A DNA stretch of 64,000 bases from Rickettsiales bacterium (GCA_040221415.1 JAVKEN010000005.1:5114-69113), one strand, 5' to 3'; positions 1-12,369 are shown, counted from the stretch's first letter. Notes: generated from the letters alone by a model not told the origin. A program made the numbers and translations.

Positions 1-615
1 GGAGGAGTAGGAAAGTCAACCATTGCCTATGGTCTGGCAAGGACTTTATCAGAGAAACATAACGTAGGTTTATTAGATGCTGATATTTACGGGCCATCAA
101 TACCAATTCTAGCGGGTGTGCATGAGGAACCGAGGTTTAATAACAGTGAGTTTGAGCCTATCATTAAAGATGGCATCAAGTTAAATTCTATTGGATTTTT
201 AATACCAGCGGATAAGTCCTTAGTATGGAGAGGGCCGATGATTACCAAGGCGATTCATAAATTATTTCTTAATACTAATTGGGGAGAGCTTGATTATTTG
301 ATCATTGATATGCCTCCTGGAACAGGAGATATACACCTTACTATTTTGGAAAAGTATCATGTGGATAAAGTCGTAATGGTTACAACTCCATCGAAGTTGG
401 CGGAAGCTGATGTTAGCAGGGCTAGAGATATGTATAAAAAACTCGGCATCAAGGAGATAATAGATATATGTAATATGGCGTATATGGAAAGTGGAGGAGA
501 AAGGTTCTACCCTTTCGGCAAAAGTTCTTCTGCAAACCAGTTCCCCTTATCCAAGGATATTTCAGACGATGTTCACCTAAAACGCTTTGCAAACGATTTG
601 CAGAAAAACAAATAG
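1..615 (+). CDS. mrp: Mrp/ApbC family Fe-S cluster carrier ATPase, 5' end truncated by the window edge
   Basis: Frame open from base 1: GGVGKST P-loop, LLDADIYGPS, WRGPM and DMPPGTGD motifs. The ORF track starts at an internal GTG (118). Confidence 0.93.
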   Translation, partial: GGVGKSTIAYGLARTLSEKHNVGLLDADIYGPSIPILAGVHEEPRFNNSEFEPIIKDGIKLNSIGFLIPADKSLVWRGPMITKAIHKLFLNTNWGELDYLIIDMPPGTGDIHLTILEKYHVDKVVMVTTPSKLAEADVSRARDMYKKLGIKEIIDICNMAYMESGGERFYPFGKSSSANQFPLSKDISDDVHLKRFANDLQKNK

Positions 616-675
616 CATTCAAACTATGTGCTTTATCTGCTAATCAAATTAGATAAAAAAAAGCGATTTTTATGT

Positions 676-704
676 TTGACAAATTTTTATCCTAGCTATA
701 TAAC
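676..704 (+). promoter_or_regulatory. sigma70-type promoter of the 23S-5S rRNA unit
   Basis: TTGACA (676-681), 17-nt spacer, TATAAC (699-704), about 120 nt upstream of the 23S 5' end. Confidence 0.7.
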
Positions 705-711
705 TCAATCT

Positions 712-738
712 CACCTTTTTGGGTGTAGCTGTTTAACA
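712..738 (+). promoter_or_regulatory. rRNA antitermination leader: boxB-like hairpin plus boxA
   Basis: CACC-TTTTTG-GGTG hairpin (712-725) followed by GCTGTTTAACA (728-738), one mismatch from the E. coli boxA GCTCTTTAACA. Confidence 0.6.
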
Positions 739-824
739 TTGTGTATATATAATTTTCTTAAAATAACCGAAATTTAATTTGTACAGTTTTAACACTGTAT
801 ACATTGAGTAATCTCAAGATAGCG

Positions 825-3567
<2,743 letters not shown>

Positions 3568-3651
3568 CATTATCGATTACTCATGTGTACAGCGTTAAGG
3601 CTGTATAAAAAGAAAATTATATACACAATAATACTTTAGGCCTGTTTAACT

Positions 3652-3768
3652 GGCCTGGTGGTTATAGCATTCGTGAAACACCTGATCCCATTCCGAACTC
3701 AGAAGTGAAACCGGATAGCGCTGATGGTACTACGTCTTAAGTCGTGGGAGAGTAAGTCGCCGCCAGGC
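3652..3768 (+). rRNA. rrf: 5S ribosomal RNA
   Basis: GGCCTGGTGG...CACCTGATCCCATTCCGAACTCAGAAGTGAAAC...GGGAGAGTAAGTCGCCGCCAGGC with terminal helix I. Ends approximate. Confidence 0.97.
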
Positions 3769-3807
3769 TTGTTAAGCAGGTTTTTTTATTGGCCTAAACC
3801 ATAATAA

Positions 3808-3836
3808 TTTGCAAAACTTTCTATCTTAAGTAGAAT
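3808..3836 (+). promoter_or_regulatory. putative sigma70 promoter of gltS
   Basis: TTTGCA/TTGCAA at 3808-3814 and TAGAAT at 3831-3836 (16-17 nt spacer). Confidence 0.4.
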
Positions 3837-3874
3837 GTTAGGAGCATAACTTTATATCTATACAAGCGATTTTT

Positions 3875-5098
3875 ATGGAAGCACACACTACTCTCAATAT
3901 CTCTGGTATTAACATGGTGGCAATTAGTATCCTTGTGTTTTTTATTGGGTATTTTTTTGTCCATAATGTTAAAATGTTGCGTCGATATAATATACCCGAA
4001 GGGATAGTTGGCGGGGTATTAGTAAGTCTATTTTTTTTCTTTATTAAAAAATCATATCATATCAAGGTTGTATTTGATACGGACCTCAGAGATTTATTTT
4101 TAATGATTTTCTTTTGTACTGTAGGTATGACTGCAAAGTTTAAATTGTTGATCTCTGGAGGAAGAACTTTAGCTAAATTGATTGTAGTTGTAATAGCATT
4201 CTTGATGTTACAGAATTTGACAGGAGTTGCTGTGGCACGACTGATAGGAGAATCAGATGTTGAGGGCTTAATTGCTGGCTCAATTACTTTGGCTGGAGGT
4301 CATGGTACCGCAATATCTTGGGGTACGTTTTTTGAAGAGCATGGTTTTAAAGGGGCAACAGAGTATGGGCTGATTTCTGCTACAATTGGCTTAGTATGTG
4401 GAGGAATTTTTGGCGCTCCAGTGGCAGAAAAATTAATTCATAAGCACAAACTGTTGAAATTTGATAATACAGGTCAAGAAATTATTCCTAATGAAGATAA
4501 AAAGCCTACGGCTAACATTGAAAGACTAGCTACAACTTTCATTATCGTCCTTATGTCTATATTTTTTGTTATCTTATGTATTATTTTAGGTGAAATCGCA
4601 CATAAATTTTTATTAACAAAAAATATAGTTACACCTGCCTATTTGCCAGTTTTGCTGATTGGGATTCTTTTTACTAACACAAGCGAATATGTGAAGATTA
4701 CTATTCCACCAAATCTGATAAATTTATTTAGAGATGTTAGCTTACAAGTGTTCATAACTATGAGTATGATGTGTGTAAATATTGAGTACTTATTTGATAA
4801 AAAAGTATTTTCTATTATAACTATTATAGCGGTTCAGATCGTTATGGTGGTGCTGTTTGCCAAACATGTATTCTTCAAAGCTGCAGGTAAGAATTATGAT
4901 GGAGCTGTAATTACAGGAGGATTTATTGGATCTGGACTGGGTGCTACGCCAGTGGCATTAGCAAACGTAGATGTCATTGGAAGAAAGTATCATCAGTCTG
5001 ATAAAGCTTTACTGATAGTTCCACTTTTAGGCTCCGTGTTCACTGATTTCTTTAGTGCAATTATTTTACAAGGGTTTCTGCATTATTTGATTTTATAA
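3875..5098 (+). CDS. gltS: Sodium/glutamate symporter (GltS family)
   Basis: About 400 aa polytopic membrane protein. LRRYNIPEGIVGG, ITLAGGHGT re-entrant motif and GSGLGATPVALAN match GltS. Confidence 0.88.
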   Translation: MEAHTTLNISGINMVAISILVFFIGYFFVHNVKMLRRYNIPEGIVGGVLVSLFFFFIKKSYHIKVVFDTDLRDLFLMIFFCTVGMTAKFKLLISGGRTLAKLIVVVIAFLMLQNLTGVAVARLIGESDVEGLIAGSITLAGGHGTAISWGTFFEEHGFKGATEYGLISATIGLVCGGIFGAPVAEKLIHKHKLLKFDNTGQEIIPNEDKKPTANIERLATTFIIVLMSIFFVILCIILGEIAHKFLLTKNIVTPAYLPVLLIGILFTNTSEYVKITIPPNLINLFRDVSLQVFITMSMMCVNIEYLFDKKVFSIITIIAVQIVMVVLFAKHVFFKAAGKNYDGAVITGGFIGSGLGATPVALANVDVIGRKYHQSDKALLIVPLLGSVFTDFFSAIILQGFLHYLIL

Positions 5099-5163
5099 GA
5101 AGGATTCTTGATTTATTTATATCTATCTTATAATCTTCTTGCGACTATAGGATAGCTAAAATT

Positions 5164-6780
5164 ATGAAATCAATTGATCTGAAGCCACGTCAAATTTGTG
5201 ATCTTGAAATGATACTTAATAATGGTTTTAAGCCATTACGAGGTTTTCTTAATGAAGAAGATTACAGCTCAGTATGCAAAAAAATGCGTCTAAAGTCCGG
5301 AGAGGTTTGGCCTATACCTATAACTCTTGATGTTGATGAGTCTACCGCAATGGAGTTAAAAAAAGGTGAGCAGATAGAGTTGAGGGATTTAGAAGGAGTG
5401 GTGCTCGGTTTATTGACTGTAAGTAGCATATGGCAACCAGATAAGAAAATAGAGGCAGAGTTAGTTTTTGGTTCAACGGACCAAGCTCATCCTGCAGTTG
5501 ATTATTTACTTAATAAGGCTAGAGATTATTATATTGGTGGTGAAGTAAAAAAGGTTCAGCTGCCCACACATTATGATTATAAAAAATATAGAAAAACACC
5601 AGATGAGTTAAAAGAGGAGTTTGATAGATTGGGTTGGAAAAAAATTGTCGCTTTCCAAACGCGCAATCCACTTCATAAAGCTCACCAGGAGTTGACACTT
5701 AGGGCGGCCAAGGATAATGAGGCTAACCTGTTAATTCATCCTGTGGTAGGGATGACAAAGCCTGGCGATATAGATCATCACACTAGAGTCAGATGTTATG
5801 AGGCTATAATTGACTCTTATCCCCAAGAAACAACTAAGTTAAGCTTATTGCCCATTGCAATGAGAATGGCTGGTCCCAGAGAAGCTTTATGGCATGCTAT
5901 CATTAGAAAGAACTACGGATGTACACATTTTATTGTTGGGCGTGATCATGCTGGCCCAGGAAAAAATTCACAAGGTGAAGATTTTTATGATCCATATGGG
6001 GCACAAAAATTAGTAGCAAAATATGAAAGTGAAATTGGAATAAAAATGGTTCCATTTAAGATGATGCAATATAGTGAAGATAGGGCGCAGTATGTTCCAG
6101 CTGATGAGGTGCAGGATGGAGAGAATCTACTTAATATTTCAGGAACTGAACTTAGAAGAAGGTTGCGTGAAGGTTTGGAGATACCTGAGTGGTTTTCTCC
6201 CTCAGAAGTTATAACAGAGCTTAGAAGATCTTTTCCTCCTATGAATCAAAGAGGGTTTACTATTTTCTTTACTGGATTATCTGGAGCAGGAAAGTCTACT
6301 TTAGCAAATGGGTTGATGGTTAAGTTGATGGAAATCGGTACTAGGCCTGTGACCTTGCTTGATGGAGATATAGTAAGAAAACATTTGTCATCTGAGTTAG
6401 GGTTTTCTAAGGAGCATAGAGATATTAACGTACGAAGAATTGGTTATGTTGCGAGTGAAATCACAAAAAATAGAGGAGTTGCCATATGCGCACCTATCGC
6501 TCCATATGCTGATTTAAGAAGAGAAGTAAGACAGATGATTTCTGAATATGGTGTGTTTGTAGAAGTTTACGTGTCAACAGATTTAGATGTTTGTGAAAAA
6601 AGAGATCGCAAAGGACTTTATAGGTTAGCTCGCGAGGGAAAGATAAAACATTTTACGGGTATTGATGACCCATATCAGGAGCCGCAAAATCCTGAAATTA
6701 TAATAGATACAGCAGATTTAGATGCTGAGGAGGCGATTAACATGATAATGTTGAAATTAGAAAAGCTTGGTTTAGTTTGA
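5164..6780 (+). CDS. sat/cysC: Bifunctional sulfate adenylyltransferase (Sat-type) / adenylylsulfate kinase
   Basis: N-terminal ATP sulfurylase with FQTRNPLHKAH and VGRDHAG. C-terminal APS kinase with GLSGAGKST, LLDGDIVR, RDINVRRIG and FTGIDDPY. Confidence 0.95.
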   Translation: MKSIDLKPRQICDLEMILNNGFKPLRGFLNEEDYSSVCKKMRLKSGEVWPIPITLDVDESTAMELKKGEQIELRDLEGVVLGLLTVSSIWQPDKKIEAELVFGSTDQAHPAVDYLLNKARDYYIGGEVKKVQLPTHYDYKKYRKTPDELKEEFDRLGWKKIVAFQTRNPLHKAHQELTLRAAKDNEANLLIHPVVGMTKPGDIDHHTRVRCYEAIIDSYPQETTKLSLLPIAMRMAGPREALWHAIIRKNYGCTHFIVGRDHAGPGKNSQGEDFYDPYGAQKLVAKYESEIGIKMVPFKMMQYSEDRAQYVPADEVQDGENLLNISGTELRRRLREGLEIPEWFSPSEVITELRRSFPPMNQRGFTIFFTGLSGAGKSTLANGLMVKLMEIGTRPVTLLDGDIVRKHLSSELGFSKEHRDINVRRIGYVASEITKNRGVAICAPIAPYADLRREVRQMISEYGVFVEVYVSTDLDVCEKRDRKGLYRLAREGKIKHFTGIDDPYQEPQNPEIIIDTADLDAEEAINMIMLKLEKLGLV

Positions 6781-7547
6781 TGGTTAACAAAAATGACATA
6801 TCGTACCTTATTCAGTTGATTGACCAAGCAGGAACATCTGCATTAGCGTTTTATAAAGGCGATAACACGACAACAATAAAATCCGACAATAGTCCAGTTA
6901 CTAAGGCTGATATTGCTTCACATGAAGTAATACATCGGGGGTTAAGTAAATTTAATTTGCCAGTAATTTCTGAGGAATCAACTGAAAGCCACGGTATAAA
7001 AAGTGATAGATACTGGCTGATTGACCCTCTTGATGGCACGAAAGAATTTATTAATCACTCTGCTGAATTCACAGTGAATATAGCCCTAATAGAAGGAAAT
7101 AAGCCAGTTTTTGGGATTGTGTCTGCACCCGCTCTCAAACAAATATGGTATGGAGGCAAAGGTGTGGGTTCACACAAGTTGGATTCAGGTCAAGAAACTA
7201 AAATTATTTGCAGACCAGTAAATGCAAATAATTTGGTTTCTTTGGTTAGCAAGAGTCATTCTAATAAATCTGATCTAGAAAAATTTTATAAAAGTAATAA
7301 CCTTTCTGATGTAATTGAAAAGCCTGCAGGTTCCTCATTGAAGATATGTTATATAGCTGAAGGAAAGGCTGATATATACCCAAGACTAGGACCTACGATG
7401 GAATGGGATATTGCAGCTGCCCAATCTGTAATTGAAAACTCTGGTGGGTTTATATACACTGAATCTGGCGCTATGAAGTATGGTAAAAAAGAGTTGCTGA
7501 ATCCTCATTTCGTAGCCTCAGGATTTAAACGCAAATATATATTTTGA
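6780..7547 (+). CDS. cysQ: 3'(2'),5'-bisphosphate nucleotidase CysQ
   Basis: SPVTKADIASH, VISEE, WLIDPLDGTKEF, GSSLKICYIAEGKADIYPRLGPTMEWDIAAA. The ATG at 6780 overlaps the sat stop (TGATG). Confidence 0.93.
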   Translation: MVNKNDISYLIQLIDQAGTSALAFYKGDNTTTIKSDNSPVTKADIASHEVIHRGLSKFNLPVISEESTESHGIKSDRYWLIDPLDGTKEFINHSAEFTVNIALIEGNKPVFGIVSAPALKQIWYGGKGVGSHKLDSGQETKIICRPVNANNLVSLVSKSHSNKSDLEKFYKSNNLSDVIEKPAGSSLKICYIAEGKADIYPRLGPTMEWDIAAAQSVIENSGGFIYTESGAMKYGKKELLNPHFVASGFKRKYIF

Positions 7548-7548
7548 T

Positions 7549-7770
7549 ATGTATAAATATGAAGAAAGCTCCGTCAGATCGATTTTGAAATCATTTTCAT
7601 GGCGCGTCCTTGCTACGGCCACTACTGTGTTAATTGCATATATAATTACTGGGGAGATTGATATGGCTAAAAAAATAGGATGTATTGAATTTGTATCTAA
7701 AATGCTAATATATTTTTTGCATGAGCGTTTATGGAATGAAATTTCATTCGGGCGGGTGAAAATTAAATAA
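7549..7770 (+). CDS. DUF2061 family small membrane protein
   Basis: RSILKSFSWRVLAT...KMLIYFLHERLW pattern of DUF2061, a family often found next to APS kinases. Confidence 0.8.
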   Translation: MYKYEESSVRSILKSFSWRVLATATTVLIAYIITGEIDMAKKIGCIEFVSKMLIYFLHERLWNEISFGRVKIK

Positions 7771-7797
7771 CTCTCTAAAAAACTAATAAGTGTTCTC

Positions 7798-8889
7798 ATG
7801 ATAAATTCATCTAATACAAATGAATTTCTATCTGCCTTTAAGTACGCTTCGATTGGTATGGCCATTGTTTCTCTCGAAGGAAAATGGGTAAAAGTAAACA
7901 AATCAATATGTAATATAGTTGGTTACACAGAGGAGGAGCTGCTTCAAACTGATTTTCAAACTATAACTCATCCAGATTCTTTAGGTGATGATTTGCAATA
8001 TGTACAGCAAATGCTTGATAAGAAAATTGATTACTATGAGATGGAGAAACAATACATACATAAAAAAGGTCATACAGTGTGGGTGTTATTGAGCGTATCA
8101 TTGGTTTTTGATGAAGGTGACAATCCGAAATATTTTATTTCCCAGATCCAAGACATTGATGCACGCAAGAAGGCAGAGAATAAGTTGCGTGAATACACGA
8201 ATAATCTTGAAGTTAGCCATCAGCAACTGGAAGAATTTGTGCATATTGTATCTCATGACCTAAAAGAGCCTTTAAGGGGAGCTTCTTATTATAACAGCTT
8301 AATCTCGGATGATTGTTCACCTTTATCTCCAAGTCTAAAAAAACTACTGAACTCTCAAAGTATACTATTAAAAAAAATGTCTGACTTGCTTGATCATTTG
8401 CTGTATTACTCACAAATTGGCTGTGATCATCTTTCATTCTCAAAAGTAAACATAAAGAAAATAGTGAACTCTGTTATTCACGAAAACTTAAAAGTATTAA
8501 TCAAAGAAAATAATGTCAAAATTATTGTGGCGAATACTCTTCCTATTCTTGAGAATTGTGATCCGTTTAAAATAGAAGAAGTTTTTCAAAATCTGATATC
8601 AAATGCAATCAAATATAACCTATCTACAAGCAAAAAAGTAACTATAGGTTTTGACAAAAAAAAGAAATTTTATTTTGTTGCAGATAATGGAGTAGGTATA
8701 CAGATAGATAATAGCGATAATATATATCGCATATTTAAGAGAGCGCATGATTCAAAGGACCTTCCCTCTGGATCTGGTGTTGGGTTATCAATCGTAAAGA
8801 GAATAATTGAAAGACATAATGGTAAAATATGGTGTGAACCGGCCCCTCATTGCACAGGAACAAAATTTTGCTTTACTCTTAATGTGTGA
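7798..8889 (+). CDS. Cytoplasmic PAS-domain sensor histidine kinase (PAS/PAC-HisKA-HATPase)
   Basis: PAS (SIGMAIVSLEGKWVKVNKSIC...THPD...EKQYIHKKGHTVWVLLSVS), H-box SHDLKEPL, N-box QNLISNAIKY, G1 DNGVGI, G2 GSGVGLSIV. No TM segment or receiver domain. Confidence 0.92.
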   Translation: MINSSNTNEFLSAFKYASIGMAIVSLEGKWVKVNKSICNIVGYTEEELLQTDFQTITHPDSLGDDLQYVQQMLDKKIDYYEMEKQYIHKKGHTVWVLLSVSLVFDEGDNPKYFISQIQDIDARKKAENKLREYTNNLEVSHQQLEEFVHIVSHDLKEPLRGASYYNSLISDDCSPLSPSLKKLLNSQSILLKKMSDLLDHLLYYSQIGCDHLSFSKVNIKKIVNSVIHENLKVLIKENNVKIIVANTLPILENCDPFKIEEVFQNLISNAIKYNLSTSKKVTIGFDKKKKFYFVADNGVGIQIDNSDNIYRIFKRAHDSKDLPSGSGVGLSIVKRIIERHNGKIWCEPAPHCTGTKFCFTLNV

Positions 8890-8902
8890 TAAGAGAGGTT
8901 TT

Positions 8903-8979
<77 letters not shown>

Positions 8980-9036
8980 ACAACTGTATTTAGTTATATA
9001 TAAAATAAAATAAAAATCAATGGTTCTTTTTGATGT

Positions 9037-10023
9037 CTATATGCCAAGCTCTAAGTACACTTTATCTAACAAAAGATCTATACCTTCTTTGCTAACTGCA
9101 GATATTATGAAAACTTTCTTTTTTATTTTTTTTTCCAAATAAGCGGCAATCTCTTTTGCCTCTTCAGGACTTTTTGAATCACATTTGTTTAACGCAATGA
9201 TTTCAGCCTTGTTTGATAATAGCTTACTGTAATTATTTAATTCTTTGCGAATAATTTTATAATCAATTTCGGCTCTGTGAGCATTAATATCAATTAAATG
9301 TAATAATATTTTACATCTTTCTATATGCTTCAAAAATCTGTGACCTAAGCCATGACCATCGCTTGCACCCTCTATTAAACCTGGAATATCTGCAAAAGAT
9401 ATTTCTTGAAAGTTTTTTATTACCATGCCTAATTGCGGTTTCAATGTAGTAAATGGGTAAGAGGCGATTTTTGGTTTTGCTCTTGAGATCGAAGAGATGA
9501 ACGTAGATTTTCCAGCATTGGGCTTTCCAATAATTCCAACATCTGAGATTAGTTTCAATTTCATCCAAATCCACAATTCTTCTCCAATAGTTCCAGTAGT
9601 TTTGGTTCGTGGTGCTTGGTTGGTCGAAGATTTAAAAGTGGCGTTTCCTCTTCCGCCTCTTCCGCCTTCAGCAATTGTGATCTCTTGATCTTCTTGTGAT
9701 AAGTCTGCAATTAAAACATCACCGTTCTCAGTAAATATCTGCGTCCCTACGGGGACCGTCAAAATAAGAGGGGGTCTAGATTGACCGTGCCTGTTACTTC
9801 CTTTTCCAGGCTCTCCGCTTTTGGCTTTGAAATGCTGTTTATACCTGTAGTCAATCAAAGTATTCAGATTTGAGGCTGTTCTAATTATTACTGAAGACCC
9901 GTTTCCTCCATTTCCACCGTCTGGACCACCATTAGGAATGAACTTCTCGCGTCTGAAGCTTACACACCCAGAAGCGCCATCTCCGGCTTTAATGAATATC
10001 TTTGCTTCATCAAGAAATTGCAT
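9037..10023 (-). CDS. obgE: GTPase ObgE/CgtA
   Basis: MQFLDEAKIFIKAGDGASG, GGPDGGNGGNG, GKPNAGKST, YPFTTL, DIPGLIEGA, NKCD. Confidence 0.97.
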   Translation of the reverse strand: MQFLDEAKIFIKAGDGASGCVSFRREKFIPNGGPDGGNGGNGSSVIIRTASNLNTLIDYRYKQHFKAKSGEPGKGSNRHGQSRPPLILTVPVGTQIFTENGDVLIADLSQEDQEITIAEGGRGGRGNATFKSSTNQAPRTKTTGTIGEELWIWMKLKLISDVGIIGKPNAGKSTFISSISRAKPKIASYPFTTLKPQLGMVIKNFQEISFADIPGLIEGASDGHGLGHRFLKHIERCKILLHLIDINAHRAEIDYKIIRKELNNYSKLLSNKAEIIALNKCDSKSPEEAKEIAAYLEKKIKKKVFIISAVSKEGIDLLLDKVYLELGI

Positions 10024-10047
10024 GAATTTTAGAGGCTTGAATTTGAA

Positions 10048-10299
10048 TTAGCCTTCTACGCTAACAAATACTTTATTTCCGATTTTTCTGTGAAATTTAA
10101 CTCTGCCAGGAGACGTTGCAAATATTGTGTGATCTTTACCTAATCCCACATTACTTCCAGGATTGTATTTTGTTCCTCTTTGACGAACAATAATATTACC
10201 TGACACTACAGATTGGCCATCGCTACACTTAACACCTAGCCTTCTTCCTATTGAGTCTCTGCCGTTCTTAGAACTACCACCTGCCTTCTTCGTTGCCAT
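10048..10299 (-). CDS. rpmA: 50S ribosomal protein L27
   Basis: [38 protein letters not shown]. Confidence 0.98.
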   Translation of the reverse strand: MATKKAGGSSKNGRDSIGRRLGVKCSDGQSVVSGNIIVRQRGTKYNPGSNVGLGKDHTIFATSPGRVKFHRKIGNKVFVSVEG

Positions 10300-10316
10300 T
10301 GTTTACTCCAGTATGC

Positions 10317-10631
10317 TTATTTCTTAATTTCAACTATTTCAAGCTTAGATAATTCTTGCCTGTGACCTTGTTTTCGTCGGTAATTTTGTCTTTTCTTTTT
10401 CTTAAACACGATAATCTTATCAGTTTTTAAGTGCTCTAATATTTTTACTTTGACAGAGGCTGACTTTACAATTGGGTCTCCTATTGTAGTTCCAGTTTTT
10501 TCATCGCTTACAAACAGCACCTCTTCTAAATTCATTGAGGAACCTGGTTCTCCATGAATCTTTTCAACTAAAATGTGTTTTCCAACTTCAGCCTTATACT
10601 GCTTTCCGCCAGTCTTTACAATTGCAAGCAT
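10317..10631 (-). CDS. rplU: 50S ribosomal protein L21
   Basis: AIVKTGGKQYKA, KIIVFKKKKRQNYRRKQGHRQ. Canonical rplU-rpmA-obgE order. Confidence 0.98.
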   Translation of the reverse strand: MLAIVKTGGKQYKAEVGKHILVEKIHGEPGSSMNLEEVLFVSDEKTGTTIGDPIVKSASVKVKILEHLKTDKIIVFKKKKRQNYRRKQGHRQELSKLEIVEIKK

Positions 10632-10866
10632 TGCCTATTACCATTAAATGAGACTGACATATTTATTAGTTTTGAGTCAAAATGTCAAATAGTTTTCAAT
10701 AAAATATTTGAGCAATAATCCTTTCTGACCACAAGGGATGTATTTTTTCTTGTATAATATCATCTCCCGTTGAAATCACTTGCATTTATATGCTAACTTA
10801 ATGAAAAGCATTGCTAAAACACTACTTTTGATGTTTTATATATTATTTACTAACTAATGGAGCATT

Positions 10867-11493
10867 ATGCAAAAGAAAGACTTAGAATTTTGTGAATTAT
10901 TATGTGCTAAGTTTTGCCATGATTTGTCTGGACCAATTGGAGCTATCAACAATGGTATAGACTTTCTGGACTCAGATAATGTTGGTATGAAGGAAAAAGC
11001 AGCTGATTTAGTTAAACTCAGTTCTAATCAGGCTGTTAATAGATTGGCATTTTTTAGGCAAGCTTATGGTTCGTATACCATAGGTTCGAAGATTAATATA
11101 TCACAGCTGAAATCACTAATAAATAAGTATACGCATGATACAAAAATTCGTGTTGAGTTAGTGAATATGATTTCACAAGACCTGGAAATAGACCATTTGT
11201 TAAGCAAAGTTTTGCTAAACTTTATGGTGATAGCATCGGGAATTGTATTGCTAAATGGTAATGTGGAAATTGATTTTTGCAACGATGAAGCGATGAAGAC
11301 AATTAAGATTAATGCTACAGGACCTGTAGCGAAAGTAGACGAAGATCTTAAAAGTATTCTTGAGGGGGGTGTTGTTGAAAAAACTACAAGAAATGTACAG
11401 CAACTATATACAAAACATCTGCTTGATTCCGCCTCAATAAAGACTGAGGTGCAAAATGATAAATCGGGCATAAAAATCGAACTTACTATATAG
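10867..11493 (+). CDS. chpT: Histidine phosphotransferase ChpT
   Basis: ELLCAKFCHDLSGPIGAINNGIDFL and RLAFFRQAYG match ChpT (DUF2328). Degenerate CA domain. Confidence 0.9.
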   Translation: MQKKDLEFCELLCAKFCHDLSGPIGAINNGIDFLDSDNVGMKEKAADLVKLSSNQAVNRLAFFRQAYGSYTIGSKINISQLKSLINKYTHDTKIRVELVNMISQDLEIDHLLSKVLLNFMVIASGIVLLNGNVEIDFCNDEAMKTIKINATGPVAKVDEDLKSILEGGVVEKTTRNVQQLYTKHLLDSASIKTEVQNDKSGIKIELTI

Positions 11494-11498
11494 CGGAC

Positions 11499-12368
11499 AT
11501 GATTTACAAAGGTGCTTTTACGGCCCTGATCACTCCTTTTAAGAAGGGTGCTATTGATCTAGAGAGTTATAGAGAGATAATCAAACATCAAATAAGCAAT
11601 AACATTCACGGTTTAGTTATTCTAGGGTCTACAGGGGAGTCGATGTGCTTATCCTATGAGGAAAGGAGAGAGTTAATTAGCCTGTCTGTGGAGCAGTCTA
11701 ATAAGCAAATCCCTGTTGTTGTAGGAGTTGGATCAAATAACACGCTTGAGTCGATAAAATTATCTCAGCAAGCTCAAGATCTGGGAGCTAGCGCCCTGAT
11801 GGCGGTAATGCCTTATTATAATAAACCCTCAAAAGAAGGGGTGTATCATCATTTTAGACAAATCGCTGAGAATATCGATATTCCTCTTATGTTATACAAT
11901 GTTCCCGCGCGCACTTGTTCGGATATTGCTGATGAGACAGTTGCTTTGCTTTCTGAAATTGACAATATTTTTGCTTTGAAGGATGCATCTGGGGATATTA
12001 ATAGGGTGTCGAGATATAAAAAAATAAATAAAAAACTCCTTCAATTTTGTGGAGAAGATGATTTGATTTGCCAATACTATTCTTCTGGGGGTGATGGATC
12101 AATATCTGTTATCTCGAATGCAATGCCGAAGGAATGGTCTGGTGTATATACGGAATTTAAAAAAGGAGGCGATGAGTATAAAGGTCTGTTCTCAAAATGT
12201 AAGATTTTATTGTCAGCATTATCATGTGACTCTAACCCCGTTCCCATAAAATATGTTCTTTATAAGATGGGTATGTGTAATGAAGAATACAGATTGCCCT
12301 TAGTGAAGCTATCTGAGGCAAATAAATTGCTAATTGATAAAGCTTTAAATAAGCTGGGCCTAGTTTAA
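11499..12368 (+). CDS. dapA: 4-hydroxy-tetrahydrodipicolinate synthase
   Basis: TALITPF, LGSTGES, GVGSN, PYYNKPS, LYNVPART, ALKDASG, NPVPIKY. Confidence 0.95.
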   Translation: MIYKGAFTALITPFKKGAIDLESYREIIKHQISNNIHGLVILGSTGESMCLSYEERRELISLSVEQSNKQIPVVVGVGSNNTLESIKLSQQAQDLGASALMAVMPYYNKPSKEGVYHHFRQIAENIDIPLMLYNVPARTCSDIADETVALLSEIDNIFALKDASGDINRVSRYKKINKKLLQFCGEDDLICQYYSSGGDGSISVISNAMPKEWSGVYTEFKKGGDEYKGLFSKCKILLSALSCDSNPVPIKYVLYKMGMCNEEYRLPLVKLSEANKLLIDKALNKLGLV

Positions 12369-12369
12369 C

